The notes beneath the pieces were generated by a model. That model was not told the origin of the DNA, searched no databases, and worked only from the letters and a program-made list of their open reading frames with translations. Of a stretch of DNA of 64,000 bases, positions 39,037 to 48,907 are shown piece after piece. Within the stretch, counting starts at the first letter, position 1, and each line of letters starts with the position of its first letter. The stretch is from the NCBI GenBank assembly GCA_934167465.1, contig CAKPKR010000006.1:3299-67298 (forward strand), read 5' to 3'. Position numbers and translations under genes: made by a program. This DNA comes from an uncultured Bacilli bacterium (GTDB taxonomy: Bacteria; Bacillota_I; Bacilli_A; RF39; UBA660).

Positions 39037-42000
39037 TAATCTTCAGCCCCTTCCATAGCTTCCAATTCTTCAATTGGAGCGTCTTCTATATCATCAAAAT
39101 CATCAAATTCATCTTCTTCATCTTCAACTATTTCATCATCTACAGGTAAATCTTCTGTAGTTTCAAATTCATTTGTTGATAAATAAGAATCTTCATCTGA
39201 TGCTTCTAATTCTTTTAAGTCAACAAATTTTCCTTCTTCGTTTAGAACTGTTATATCAAGTCCTAAAGCTTGAAATTCTTTAGTCAATACTCTAAAGCTT
39301 TCTGGAATACCAGATGCAGGAATTGGAGTACCTTTTACTAATGATTCATAAACTCTAACACGACCTACAACGTCGTCAGATTTAATTGTCATCATTTCTT
39401 GTAATACATGAGCAGCACCATATGCATATAATGCCCAAACTTCCATTTCTCCAAATCTTTGTCCACCAAATTGTGCTTTACCACCAAGTGGTTGTTGTGT
39501 TACTAATGAGTATGGACCAGTTGATCTAGCATGTAACTTATCATCAACCATGTGGTGAAGTTTAATCATATACATTACACCAACAGAAATTCTGTTATCG
39601 AATTTTTCACCTGTACGTCCATCATATAACCAACTTTTTCCATCTTCTTCTAATCCAGCTTCTTTTAAGGCATCAAGAATTTCTCCTCTTGTAGCACCAT
39701 CAAATACTGGAGTAGCCATATAAATTCCTAATTGTTTAGCAGCCATTCCTAAATGCATTTCTAAGATTTGACCTAAATTCATACGAGATGGAACTCCAAG
39801 TGGATTTAATAAGATATCAATTGGTTGACCATTTGGTAAATATGGCATATCTTCTTCAGGTAATACTAAAGAAATAACACCTTTGTTACCATGACGTCCG
39901 GCCATCTTATCTCCAACTGTAATTTTTCTCTTTTGAGCAATATAAACTCTAACTATTTTAGAAACACCAGCTGGTAATTCATCACAATCCTCTTTAGTAA
40001 ATACTTTAACATCATGAACAATTCCAGCACCACCATTTGGAACTCTAAGTGAAGTATCTCTAACTTCTCTTGTTTTTTCTCCAAATATAGCATGTAATAA
40101 TTTTTCTTCGCTAGTAAGTTCAGCCATTCCTTTAGGAGTAACTTTGCCTACTAAAATGTCATCATTTTTAACTTCTGTACCGATACGAATAATACCATTT
40201 TCATCCAAGTTTTTACGAGCTTCTTCACTTATGTTAGGAATATCTCTTGTAAATTCTTCTGGTCCTAATTTAGTATCGCGACATTCGATTTGGTAATCTT
40301 CTATATGAATTGATGTAAATACATCATCTTTTACTAATCTTTCATTTAATATTACAGCATCTTCATAGTTATAACCATTAAAGTTCATAAATGCTACTGT
40401 AACGTTTTTACCTAAGGCCATTTCACCTTTTTCAGTTGATGGTCCATCTGCTATTATTTGTCCTGCTTTTACTTCATCACCAAGTCTTACGATTGGAACT
40501 TGATGATAACAAGTACCAGCATTACTTCTTTCATATCCATTTAAGTAATATGTATCCATGCCACCTAAAGTTTTAACTATTATTTTTCTAGCATCTACAT
40601 AGTCAACTACACCATTTCCGTTTGCTATTACGACTGCACCAGAGTCTTTAGCCGCTACTCCTTCAACACCTGTTCCTACAAGTGGAGCTTCTGCTTGTAA
40701 TAATGGGATTGCTTGACGTTGCATGTTAGCACCCATAAGAGCACGTTTACCATCATCGTGTTCCAAAAATGGAATACCTTGTGTTGATATTGATACTGCT
40801 TGTTGTGGAGAAACATCCATATAATCAACTTTATCAGCATCTAACATCATATTCTCACCACGATATCTAACTGGAACTGTATCAGATACTATTCTACCAT
40901 CTTTATCAATTTCTACAGCAGCTTGAGAAATATAATATTCTAATTCTTCATCAGCTGTCATATAAACAACTTCATCTGTTAATTTTCTATCTTTTATTCT
41001 ACGATATGGAGTCATTATAAATCCATAATCATTAATTCTTGCATAACTTGCTAAAGAAGTTATAAGTCCAATGTTAGGTCCTTCTGGAGATTCAACTGGA
41101 CATAATCTACCATAATGTGATGGATTAACGTCACGTACTTCCATACCAGCACGATCTCTTGATAAACCACCAGGTCCTAAAGAAGATAATCTTCTTTTGT
41201 TTGAAAGTTCTGCGATTGGATTTGTTTGATCCATGAATTGAGATAATTGACTACTACCAAAGAATTCTTTGATTGAAGCTGTAAGCGGTCTAATATTAAT
41301 TAAAGTTTTAGGAGTAACTTCAGTTATTTCTTGAGTACTCATTCTATCTCTAATTACTCTTTCAATTCTTGAAATACCAATTCTAAATTGATTTTGTAAT
41401 AATTCACCTACTTGACGAACACGTCTATTAGATAAATGATCTATTTCATCAAATGAACCAATACCTTCTAATAAATTTAAATAATAAGATACTGATGCAT
41501 AGATGTCAGATATTGTTAATCTCTTTTCTTCAATTGTAGGATCGTTACCAATAATGTTAATAATCTTTTTAGAATCTCTTGGTGAATAAACTTTAATTAT
41601 TTGAACTTTATTGTAAGTATCTAATTCATTATTAATTAAAACTTCTTTAACACCATATCCATTAGCTAAGATTGGTTTTAATTCTTCTAATACTTCTTTT
41701 GTAATATTAGTTCCTTTTTCAAATGTTTTTTCACCATCTTTAATTGTTTCAGCTAAAGTTAAACCTAATAATCTATCTGTAACATTTAGTTTTCTATTAA
41801 ATTTATATCTACCAACCTTTGATAAATCGTATCTAAAAGCATCAAAGAATCTAGTGATTAATTGATTTTTAGCACTGTCTAATGTAGATGGTTCACCTGG
41901 TCTTAATTTAGAATGAATATCAATTAATGATTCATCTGTATTTTTGTTTGTATCTTTTATAATTGTTTTTTCTAAATATTCATTTTCACCAAATAAATCA

Positions 42001-42623
42001 ACTATATCTTGATCATTTGATAATCCAACTGCTCTAAGTAATGTAGTAACTGGAACTTTTCTTGTTCTATCAATTCTTACATAAATTACATCTCTGGCGT
42101 CCAATTCGTATTCTAGCCATGTACCTCTATTAGGAATAACTTGACTAGTTATAACTAATCTACCATTTTTGTCTATTTCTTTTCCATAATAAGCAGATGG
42201 AGATCTTACTAATTGTGATACGATAACTCTTTCAGCCCCATTAATTATAAATGTACCACTCTCAGTCATAACAGGCATATCTCCCAAGTAAATTTCTTGT
42301 TCTTTTACCTCACCTGTTTCTTGATTGAATAATCTGGCTTCTACTTTTAAAGGTGCTGCATAAGTTGCATATCTTTCTTTGCATTCTTTAATTGAATATC
42401 TTGGTTTTTCAAAGAAATAATCACCAAATTCAAGTGTTAAATTTCCTGTAAAGCTTTCTACAGGAAAAATATCATCAAATACTTCTTTGATACCATTTTT
42501 CATAAATTCATCATATGATTTTGTTTGAACTTCTAATAGATTTCCTAGTTCAATTGCATTTTTAGTTTTTGCATAACTTCTTCTTTCACGATAGTCTCCA
42601 ATTTTTTTTACTTTATAAGCCAC
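39036..42623 (-). CDS. rpoB: DNA-directed RNA polymerase subunit beta
   Basis: 1195 aa, all conserved regions readable, with a long acidic C-terminal tail. TAATG overlap with rpoC. Confidence 0.98.
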   Translation of the reverse strand: MAYKVKKIGDYRERRSYAKTKNAIELGNLLEVQTKSYDEFMKNGIKEVFDDIFPVESFTGNLTLEFGDYFFEKPRYSIKECKERYATYAAPLKVEARLFNQETGEVKEQEIYLGDMPVMTESGTFIINGAERVIVSQLVRSPSAYYGKEIDKNGRLVITSQVIPNRGTWLEYELDARDVIYVRIDRTRKVPVTTLLRAVGLSNDQDIVDLFGENEYLEKTIIKDTNKNTDESLIDIHSKLRPGEPSTLDSAKNQLITRFFDAFRYDLSKVGRYKFNRKLNVTDRLLGLTLAETIKDGEKTFEKGTNITKEVLEELKPILANGYGVKEVLINNELDTYNKVQIIKVYSPRDSKKIINIIGNDPTIEEKRLTISDIYASVSYYLNLLEGIGSFDEIDHLSNRRVRQVGELLQNQFRIGISRIERVIRDRMSTQEITEVTPKTLINIRPLTASIKEFFGSSQLSQFMDQTNPIAELSNKRRLSSLGPGGLSRDRAGMEVRDVNPSHYGRLCPVESPEGPNIGLITSLASYARINDYGFIMTPYRRIKDRKLTDEVVYMTADEELEYYISQAAVEIDKDGRIVSDTVPVRYRGENMMLDADKVDYMDVSPQQAVSISTQGIPFLEHDDGKRALMGANMQRQAIPLLQAEAPLVGTGVEGVAAKDSGAVVIANGNGVVDYVDARKIIVKTLGGMDTYYLNGYERSNAGTCYHQVPIVRLGDEVKAGQIIADGPSTEKGEMALGKNVTVAFMNFNGYNYEDAVILNERLVKDDVFTSIHIEDYQIECRDTKLGPEEFTRDIPNISEEARKNLDENGIIRIGTEVKNDDILVGKVTPKGMAELTSEEKLLHAIFGEKTREVRDTSLRVPNGGAGIVHDVKVFTKEDCDELPAGVSKIVRVYIAQKRKITVGDKMAGRHGNKGVISLVLPEEDMPYLPNGQPIDILLNPLGVPSRMNLGQILEMHLGMAAKQLGIYMATPVFDGATRGEILDALKEAGLEEDGKSWLYDGRTGEKFDNRISVGVMYMIKLHHMVDDKLHARSTGPYSLVTQQPLGGKAQFGGQRFGEMEVWALYAYGAAHVLQEMMTIKSDDVVGRVRVYESLVKGTPIPASGIPESFRVLTKEFQALGLDITVLNEEGKFVDLKELEASDEDSYLSTNEFETTEDLPVDDEIVEDEEDEFDDFDDIEDAPIEELEAMEGAED

Positions 42624-42896
42624 TATTTCACCCCTATGTACTAAATTTTAGGAAAACAATACGCAAAAATTCGCGCATACGTCAATATATGATTTTAACA
42701 AATTTATATCAATAAGTCAATGTTATTAAAATCATTTTTACAATTTAATATCAATATAATTTATACAACATTCTTTCTTGCCAATTTCAAGATTCTTCTG
42801 TTTATATAAGCTATATTAATATCAACTTATATTTTTGTGTATGATACAAATTGGGATGCATCCAATAAAAATAAGTCTTATTTATAATACGACGAA

Positions 42897-42925
42897 AGCC
42901 CATACTAGTTTTTTAAGTACAGGCT
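42897..42925 (-). terminator. hairpin between rplL and rpoB (possible attenuator)
   Basis: 10-bp stem AGCCUGUACU/AGUAUGGGCU with two G-U pairs on the minus transcript. Weak U tract. Confidence 0.35.
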
Positions 42926-42943
42926 AACATCATAACTATTAAA

Positions 42944-43312
42944 TTATTTTAATTCGATAGTAGCTCCAGCTTCTTCGAATTTTGCTTTCATTTCTTTAGC
43001 TTCATCAGTAGATACGTTTTCTTTAATAACTCCACCATTATCAGCGATTGCTTTAGATTCACCTAAACCTAAACCAGTAATTTCTTTAATTAATTTGATA
43101 ACGGCAAGTTTATTAGCACCAGCACTAGCTAGTACTACATTAACTGAGCTTGGTCCTTCTTCAACAGCAGCACCTGCTACTGGAGCAGCTACAGCTACTG
43201 CACTTGGATCTACACCAAATTCTTCTTTCATTGCGTCTACTAATTCTTTAACTTCAAGAATAGTCATTTCTTTTAATCCACTAATAAATTCGTCTTTTGT
43301 AAATTTTGCCAT
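42944..43312 (-). CDS. rplL: 50S ribosomal protein L7/L12
   Basis: Ala-rich hinge and a conserved C-terminal domain. Confidence 0.97.
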   Translation of the reverse strand: MAKFTKDEFISGLKEMTILEVKELVDAMKEEFGVDPSAVAVAAPVAGAAVEEGPSSVNVVLASAGANKLAVIKLIKEITGLGLGESKAIADNGGVIKENVSTDEAKEMKAKFEEAGATIELK

Positions 43313-43327
43313 TTTATATTCCTCCTT

Positions 43328-43822
43328 TTAATTATTTTCTAAATCTTGACTATATAAGTCTAAGCAAATTGATAAGTCACGAACAACTCCCATAAGTCCA
43401 CCTGCAAGCATTGTAAGTAATCCTTCTCTTGATGGAATTGAAGCAAGTTCGTTTAACATTTTTTCATCAGCTATTTCTCCGTCTACAACACCAACTTTGA
43501 TTTCTAATGCTTTATGAGTTTTTGCGAAATCAGCTAGAGTTTTAACAGGAGCAACTGCATCAGCACCAAAAGCAATAGCTTTAGGTCCATTTAAATGTTC
43601 ATCAATATTGATGTTCATTTTTTCTAATGCTCTTTTTGTAAGAGTGTTTTTGTAAACTTTGAATTCTGAATCAGATTCTTTTAATTTTCTTCTTAATTCA
43701 TTTGTTTCAGTAACTGTAAGTCCACGATATTCAAATAAAATGTATGAAGAAGAGTTTTTCATTTTGTCAACTATTTCATTAACAACTGATTCTTTTTTTT
43801 CAATTATTTTTTGATTTGCCAC
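43328..43822 (-). CDS. rplJ: 50S ribosomal protein L10
   Basis: GTG start at 43822 behind an AAGGAGGTG RBS. MANQKIIEKK... Confidence 0.93.
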   Translation of the reverse strand: MANQKIIEKKESVVNEIVDKMKNSSSYILFEYRGLTVTETNELRRKLKESDSEFKVYKNTLTKRALEKMNINIDEHLNGPKAIAFGADAVAPVKTLADFAKTHKALEIKVGVVDGEIADEKMLNELASIPSREGLLTMLAGGLMGVVRDLSICLDLYSQDLENN

Positions 43823-43991
43823 TAGTTGCACCTCCTTAAGTTTTATTCCGTAAAAATCCCTTACGTAATTACAGTAAGGGACCAAAGATCTTCATTATAA
43901 AGTCCTCGGTAGGTAATTAAGCTTTGTTTTGCTCCTACTGTCTACGGTACATATTTTTTTCACGAACAATCTAATTATAGCACATTTTTAA
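43823..43991 (-). promoter_or_regulatory. probable L10 leader (autoregulatory 5' UTR)
   Basis: 169-nt G+C-enriched untranslated stretch in the position of the Firmicute rplJ leader. Structure not verified. Confidence 0.4.
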
Positions 43992-44687
43992 TTAGATGTC
44001 AAAACTATTTGCATCAATTTTAATTCCTGGACCCATTGTTGAAGATACGGCTACATTTAAAATGTATTTGCCTTTAACAACTGATGGTTTAGTTTTAGCT
44101 ATTAATGATACAAAGGCATTTAAATTTTCTATTAATTTTTCATTATCAAATGATACTTTACCAATTATAACATGTAAATTACCATAACTATCTGTACGAT
44201 ATTCAACTCGTCCTTTTTTTACATCTTCTACTGCTGTTTTAGTATCTATTGTTACAGTTCCAGTTTTTGGGTTTGGCATTAATCCTTTTGGTCCTAATAC
44301 TCTACCTATTTTACCTAAAGCAGGCATCATATCTGGAGTAGCAATCATTGTATCGAAATCGAACCAATTTTCTTTTTCGATTTTTTCAATCATATCTGTA
44401 TCTCCAACATAATCAGCGCCAGCTTCTTTAGCAGCTTTAGCAGCTTCTCCTTTTGCTATAACTAATACTTTTTTAGTTTTACCAGTTCCATTAGGAAGAA
44501 CGATAGCTCCTCTTAATTGTTGATCAGCCTTTTTAGTATCAAGGTTTAATCTTAATGCTAACTCAACTGATGCATCAAAACTAGATATTGATGTTTCTTT
44601 TACTAAAGCGATAGCTTCTTCTTTAGTATATGCTTTGCCTTTTTCAATTTTAGCTAAAGCTTCTACATATTTTTTACCTTTTTTCAT
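43992..44687 (-). CDS. rplA: 50S ribosomal protein L1
   Basis: [10 protein letters not shown].. behind an AAGGAGGT RBS. Confidence 0.96.
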   Translation of the reverse strand: MKKGKKYVEALAKIEKGKAYTKEEAIALVKETSISSFDASVELALRLNLDTKKADQQLRGAIVLPNGTGKTKKVLVIAKGEAAKAAKEAGADYVGDTDMIEKIEKENWFDFDTMIATPDMMPALGKIGRVLGPKGLMPNPKTGTVTIDTKTAVEDVKKGRVEYRTDSYGNLHVIIGKVSFDNEKLIENLNAFVSLIAKTKPSVVKGKYILNVAVSSTMGPGIKIDANSFDI

Positions 44688-44751
44688 TTTTTTACCTCCT
44701 TGTGGTTTAATAGCGGATTTTATTCCTCCCACATAGTTTTACCTATATGAA

Positions 44752-45177
44752 TTAGTCTTCTACTTTAACGCCCATGTTTTGAGCTGTTCCAGCCACTTGT
44801 TTCATAGCTGATTCAATGTCATAAGCATTTAAGTCTGGTAATTTAATTTCTGCAATTTCTCTTAATTGTTCTTTAGTTAAAGTTGCTACTGTTTCATTAG
44901 ATCCTTTAACTGCACCTTTCTTAATTCCAGTAAGTTTTTTAATTAAGAAAGATGTTGGTGGAGTTTTAATTACGAAATCGAATGTTCTGTCTTCATAAAC
45001 AGTTAATTCAACTGGTAATATATCTCCCATTTTATCTTTTGTAGCATCGTTGTATTTTGTACAGAATTCTTGAATATTAATTCCTAATGGTCCTACAACT
45101 GTTCCAACTGGTGGAGCTGGTGTAGCTTTTCCTGCAGCGATTGCTAACTTAACAACTCTTGTAATTTTCTTTGCCAC
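44752..45177 (-). CDS. rplK: 50S ribosomal protein L11
   Basis: GTG start behind GGAGGTG. AKKITRVVKLAIAAGKATPAPPVG. Confidence 0.96.
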   Translation of the reverse strand: MAKKITRVVKLAIAAGKATPAPPVGTVVGPLGINIQEFCTKYNDATKDKMGDILPVELTVYEDRTFDFVIKTPPTSFLIKKLTGIKKGAVKGSNETVATLTKEQLREIAEIKLPDLNAYDIESAMKQVAGTAQNMGVKVED

Positions 45178-45310
45178 GAAAAACACCTCCTATATATTTT
45201 TTTTCGCGAGCGGTCCAAATGATATCCGCTTTAACTCATATCTCCCGCTTTCATCTATATTAATAAAAATATAGCTAATTTAATATAACACATTTTATTT
45301 ATTTTGTAAA

Positions 45311-45799
45311 CTATTTACTAAGTTTCTTTTGTTTATTTTTATCTTTTTTTAATAATACTATTTTAACTTCTTTGTTTTCTAAAATGGAATTTACTGCAAG
45401 ATTATATAGATAATTTAAATAAATAAGTTCATCAACGCTTAAATTACATTTGATTTCAATAGTTATTTGATTATCCCATATTTTTTCATCATTAATTGAT
45501 TCACATAACTTAATTATGTTTAATTCTTCAAAAAATAAACATTCAAGTGTTATTATTCTTGTTTTATATTTTTTGATTGCTAAATTGTATAATTTTTCAT
45601 TTTCCTTTATTTCATAAAAAATCTCTCTTATATCGATTATATCTTGATATGATATTTTTTCTTCTTTTGGTTTAATGATATTATCTATTTCTTTCATTAA
45701 ATATTCTAATTGTTCATTTGTATTATCGTTCAAATATTTTTTCTTTAACAAATTTGATAATTTATCAATTTTATTTTCTATTTCCCCCACTATAAACAC
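45311..45799 (-). CDS. hypothetical protein inserted between nusG and rplK
   Basis: 162-aa Lys/Glu/Ile-rich ORF starting 4 nt after the nusG stop. No recognisable motif. Confidence 0.5.
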   Translation of the reverse strand: MFIVGEIENKIDKLSNLLKKKYLNDNTNEQLEYLMKEIDNIIKPKEEKISYQDIIDIREIFYEIKENEKLYNLAIKKYKTRIITLECLFFEELNIIKLCESINDEKIWDNQITIEIKCNLSVDELIYLNYLYNLAVNSILENKEVKIVLLKKDKNKQKKLSK

Positions 45800-45803
45800 T
45801 TCC

Positions 45804-46340
45804 TTAATTTACTTTTTCAATTTGAGATAAGTTAATTTCAACTATTGTTTCTTGTCCAAATAAGTCAATTGCTATTTCTAATTCTTGTGTTTCTATATTG
45901 ATTTTCTTAACTTTACCAAACATATTAGCGAATGGTCCAGAGATAACTTTAACTTGATCACCAACTTTTAAGTCATTTCCAATTTCTAATCTGCTCATAC
46001 CCATAGATCCTAAAATTTTATCTACTTCTTGTGGAGATAAAGGAAATGGTTTTGCTCCTTTACCACTTGATCCAATGAACCCTGTTACTCCTGGAGTGTT
46101 TCTTACAATAAACCAAGCCTCATCATTCATCACCATTTCTACTAATATATATCCTGGAAACATTTTTTTTACTTTTTTCTTTTCTTTTCCATCTTTTAGT
46201 TCTATTTCTTCTTGTTCTGGAACTACTACTCTATAGATGTAATCTTCCATTCCCATTGTACTAGCACGCATTTCTAGTTTTTCTTTTACTTTATTTTCAT
46301 GACCTGAATAAGTATTAACTACATACCATTCTTTTTCCAT
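45804..46340 (-). CDS. nusG: transcription termination/antitermination factor NusG
   Basis: WYVVNTYSGHENKV NGN domain and a KOW motif. Confidence 0.96.
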   Translation of the reverse strand: MEKEWYVVNTYSGHENKVKEKLEMRASTMGMEDYIYRVVVPEQEEIELKDGKEKKKVKKMFPGYILVEMVMNDEAWFIVRNTPGVTGFIGSSGKGAKPFPLSPQEVDKILGSMGMSRLEIGNDLKVGDQVKVISGPFANMFGKVKKINIETQELEIAIDLFGQETIVEINLSQIEKVN

Positions 46341-46349
46341 ATTTTCCTC

Positions 46350-46529
46350 CTATTTTATAATCATTTTAATACCCGTTAGTATTAAGTCTAAGCTTGCAAA
46401 AAATAATGCAAATATAAGTACACATGATAGTGTTGCTACTGAATAAGCAATAATTGTTTTTTTGTCAGGCCACTTTACTTTAGTCATTTCTTTTTTTACA
46501 CTTACCAAAAATCTAGCTATTTTTTTCAT
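46350..46529 (-). CDS. secE: preprotein translocase subunit SecE
   Basis: 59 aa, MKKIARFLVSVKKEMTKVKWPDKKT + TM helix. Below the ORF-track cutoff; read manually. Confidence 0.85.
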   Translation of the reverse strand: MKKIARFLVSVKKEMTKVKWPDKKTIIAYSVATLSCVLIFALFFASLDLILTGIKMIIK

Positions 46530-46655
46530 TTCACACCTTCTTTAAAATATATGATTTTTTTCAAAATAAAAACACCTTTTCGTGTCTAAATAAATATTAC
46601 CATATTGTATTTAAAAAGTCAATATAAGTAAATAAAAAGTTGTTTTTTTAGAATA

Positions 46656-46687
46656 ATAAAAAAACTGTGTTTTATAATTACACAGTT
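46656..46687 (-). terminator. intrinsic terminator of 46710..47534
   Basis: AACTGTGT-loop-ACACAGTT followed by a T run on the minus strand. Confidence 0.7.
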
Positions 46688-46709
46688 AATTATATATGGC
46701 TCTAAATTA

Positions 46710-47534
46710 TTATGAAAGTTTTGATTTAGGAATTGTTATTACTGGACGGATGCCTAATGTATTATATTTAACTTCAGAATCAGATAAAGTACCATGGTAA
46801 TCAATTCTCATAACAGTATTATTAGATCTAACAAATGGCGTTGAAGTCCAATAACCATATGTTGCTATTGATTCAGAAACATTACATCCATAAGAAGTGC
46901 AACTATTTGTATAATCAAACAACCAAGCATATCTACTTGTTCCTTTTCCACTAGCAGTTTGTGTTTCACTATTACTATCCAAATAAAAACCAGAAACTTG
47001 ATGAATATATTTTTCGTTTTCGGTTATGATTGCAATTTCTTTATCTGTTATTAATCTTGGTATATTTTTCCAGTTTGAAACACTAACAAGTTTATCTACT
47101 TCCACCTTTAAATTACTTTCTTCATACGATACATTTTTATTATCATTATTCCAAGCAATCATAGCAGTTGTGTTATGATCTAATATCATATTCACCGTTG
47201 AGGAATCCGAAGAATCATTAAATATATACCATTTCATACATCCAACTTTATTTTCATTTTTACTATTATCTTCAACGTAATCTTCACATATTTCTCCACT
47301 TACTGGATTATAATATATTACTGTTCCATTTTTATAAAAATAATTATAACCTTTTTTATTAATTTTATTATATAATTCATTTAAAGCATCATTTACATTC
47401 ATACTACTTCCATCACTTGCATTATATACTACATCTGTTGCTTTATATGTTGTTGCAGCATATACACTTATACTAGTAACTATAATAGTTGTAATTATTA
47501 TTAAAAATATTCTACTTTTTATTATTTTTTTCAT
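46710..47534 (-). CDS. secreted protein, conserved-N-terminus family, C-terminal YW(T/L)S...G(I/V)RPVI-type domain
   Basis: Signal peptide MKKIIKSRIFLIIITTIIVTSISVYA, then the shared module TYKATDVVYNASDGSSMNVNDALNELY, then a unique 215-aa C-terminus. Confidence 0.8.
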   Translation of the reverse strand: MKKIIKSRIFLIIITTIIVTSISVYAATTYKATDVVYNASDGSSMNVNDALNELYNKINKKGYNYFYKNGTVIYYNPVSGEICEDYVEDNSKNENKVGCMKWYIFNDSSDSSTVNMILDHNTTAMIAWNNDNKNVSYEESNLKVEVDKLVSVSNWKNIPRLITDKEIAIITENEKYIHQVSGFYLDSNSETQTASGKGTSRYAWLFDYTNSCTSYGCNVSESIATYGYWTSTPFVRSNNTVMRIDYHGTLSDSEVKYNTLGIRPVITIPKSKLS

Positions 47535-47556
47535 TTATAACACCTATCCTACTTAG

Positions 47557-47587
47557 ATTATACCCCCCCCCCAGACGTAAAAGTCAA
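47557..47587 (-). promoter_or_regulatory. family promoter TTGACT-19-TATAAT with G10 tract in the spacer
   Basis: Minus strand TTGACTtttacgtctGGGGGGGGGGTATAAT, read directly. Confidence 0.6.
47563..47572. repeat. homopolymeric C10 (G10 on coding strand)
   Basis: Counted in the sequence. Confidence 0.95.
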
Positions 47588-47798
47588 GAAAAATGTTACA
47601 ATTTTTTTATAAATTTTGTAGAACTTATTATATTTTTTAAACATTATTATAGTTCAAAATTAAAAAGAACCAAAGTAGCACTACCTTGGTTCAAATGTAT
47701 TAAATTAATAATACAGTATATTATATGTAAACAAAAAATATAATTATTATATAATTGATTATTTTGTCAATAAATGTTACAATTTAGTAGGTGATAGT

Positions 47799-48431
47799 AT
47801 GAAGAAAGAAGATATTCCTAATATTTTAACAATGACTAGAATTGTATTAACTCCAGTCATAATCATATTAGGTTTGTTAAATAAAACTAATCTAGTAATT
47901 ATATTTGCCATTATATGTGCCTTAACTGATATGTTGGATGGTAAATTAGCTCGCAAATGGAATGTTATTTCAAGAAAAGGCGCTAAATTAGATACAATAG
48001 CTGATAAAATATTTGGAATTGGAATAATTATTAGTTTAATAAGAAAAAAACACTTATTAATATATCTTTTAATATTGGAAATTATTATAGCTATAACTAA
48101 TTTATACTATTATTATTCTACAAATAAGGTCGAATCATTAATGATTGGAAAAATCAAAACTACATTTTTATTTTGTAGTATAATATTTTGCATGATAAGT
48201 TTATATTTTAAAATTGATGGTGGTTTAACTAATGGTTTTATATATGCTACCATAAACTTGCAAATACTATGTTTAGTTCAATATTTTCTTAACTTTTTAG
48301 ATAATAAAAATCCAATTACCGTTGAAAATAATTTAACCCATCAAAAAATTATGAATGAAGAAATAGAAAAAACAATTAAAATCAATAATTTAACCGATTT
48401 AATAGAAGAATATAGTGAAAACGAAAAATAG
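47799..48431 (+). CDS. CDP-alcohol phosphatidyltransferase family protein
   Basis: DMLDGKLARKWNVISRKGAKLDTIADK matches D-x2-DG-x2-AR-x8-G-x3-D-x3-D. Confidence 0.85.
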   Translation: MKKEDIPNILTMTRIVLTPVIIILGLLNKTNLVIIFAIICALTDMLDGKLARKWNVISRKGAKLDTIADKIFGIGIIISLIRKKHLLIYLLILEIIIAITNLYYYYSTNKVESLMIGKIKTTFLFCSIIFCMISLYFKIDGGLTNGFIYATINLQILCLVQYFLNFLDNKNPITVENNLTHQKIMNEEIEKTIKINNLTDLIEEYSENEK

Positions 48432-48443
48432 ATACGTATGTAT

Positions 48444-48851
48444 CTATTTTGTTTTATTTGCTAAACGTTTAATTTTAGAATCACTATAATTTAGAGATAG
48501 TCTTGATAATTTTGTTCTTATTGATTTTAATTTATCTTTATTAATGTCATTTTCTAAATATACCTCAGAAACTTTATAAATTGTTTTTCTTTCATAAATT
48601 GGCATTATATAATCAATGACTATTATATATGTTGCATTTTCTATTTCAAATACTTTTTTTTCAATTTGATCAGAACGAATAGTTGTATATTTATCAAATT
48701 TGGAAGTTAGTTTAATTTTATCTTCTAAAGAAAATTTTTCTATTTGTTCTTTAATAGTTCCATCTGTCATTATTTTTGAACCAAATACTTTTTCAGAAAA
48801 TTCATCCCAAACATTTTTTATTCCAGTTAAGGTTTCAATTCTTTTATTCAT
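48444..48851 (-). CDS. hypothetical protein
   Basis: ORF only; start uncertain (48851 or 48875). Confidence 0.45.
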   Translation of the reverse strand: MNKRIETLTGIKNVWDEFSEKVFGSKIMTDGTIKEQIEKFSLEDKIKLTSKFDKYTTIRSDQIEKKVFEIENATYIIVIDYIMPIYERKTIYKVSEVYLENDINKDKLKSIRTKLSRLSLNYSDSKIKRLANKTK

Positions 48852-48907
48852 GATGCAATCGACTCCAAGATACACATATTACATTACATCTGTATTTTTG
48901 GCAATAG

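Noticed and set aside
43095-43331. Plus-strand ORFs antisense to ribosomal protein genes (43095..43331, 43996..44187)
   Set aside because: They lie opposite highly conserved rplL and rplA coding sequence. The Ala/Ser/Thr-rich translation is an artefact of the complementary Ala-rich gene.
47667-47692. Hairpin GAACCAA-N12-TTGGTTC between the divergent genes 47534 and 47799
   Set aside because: Only a 7-bp stem, with no U tract on either strand. It sits between two divergent promoters where a terminator makes little sense. Insufficient evidence for an sRNA or operator.
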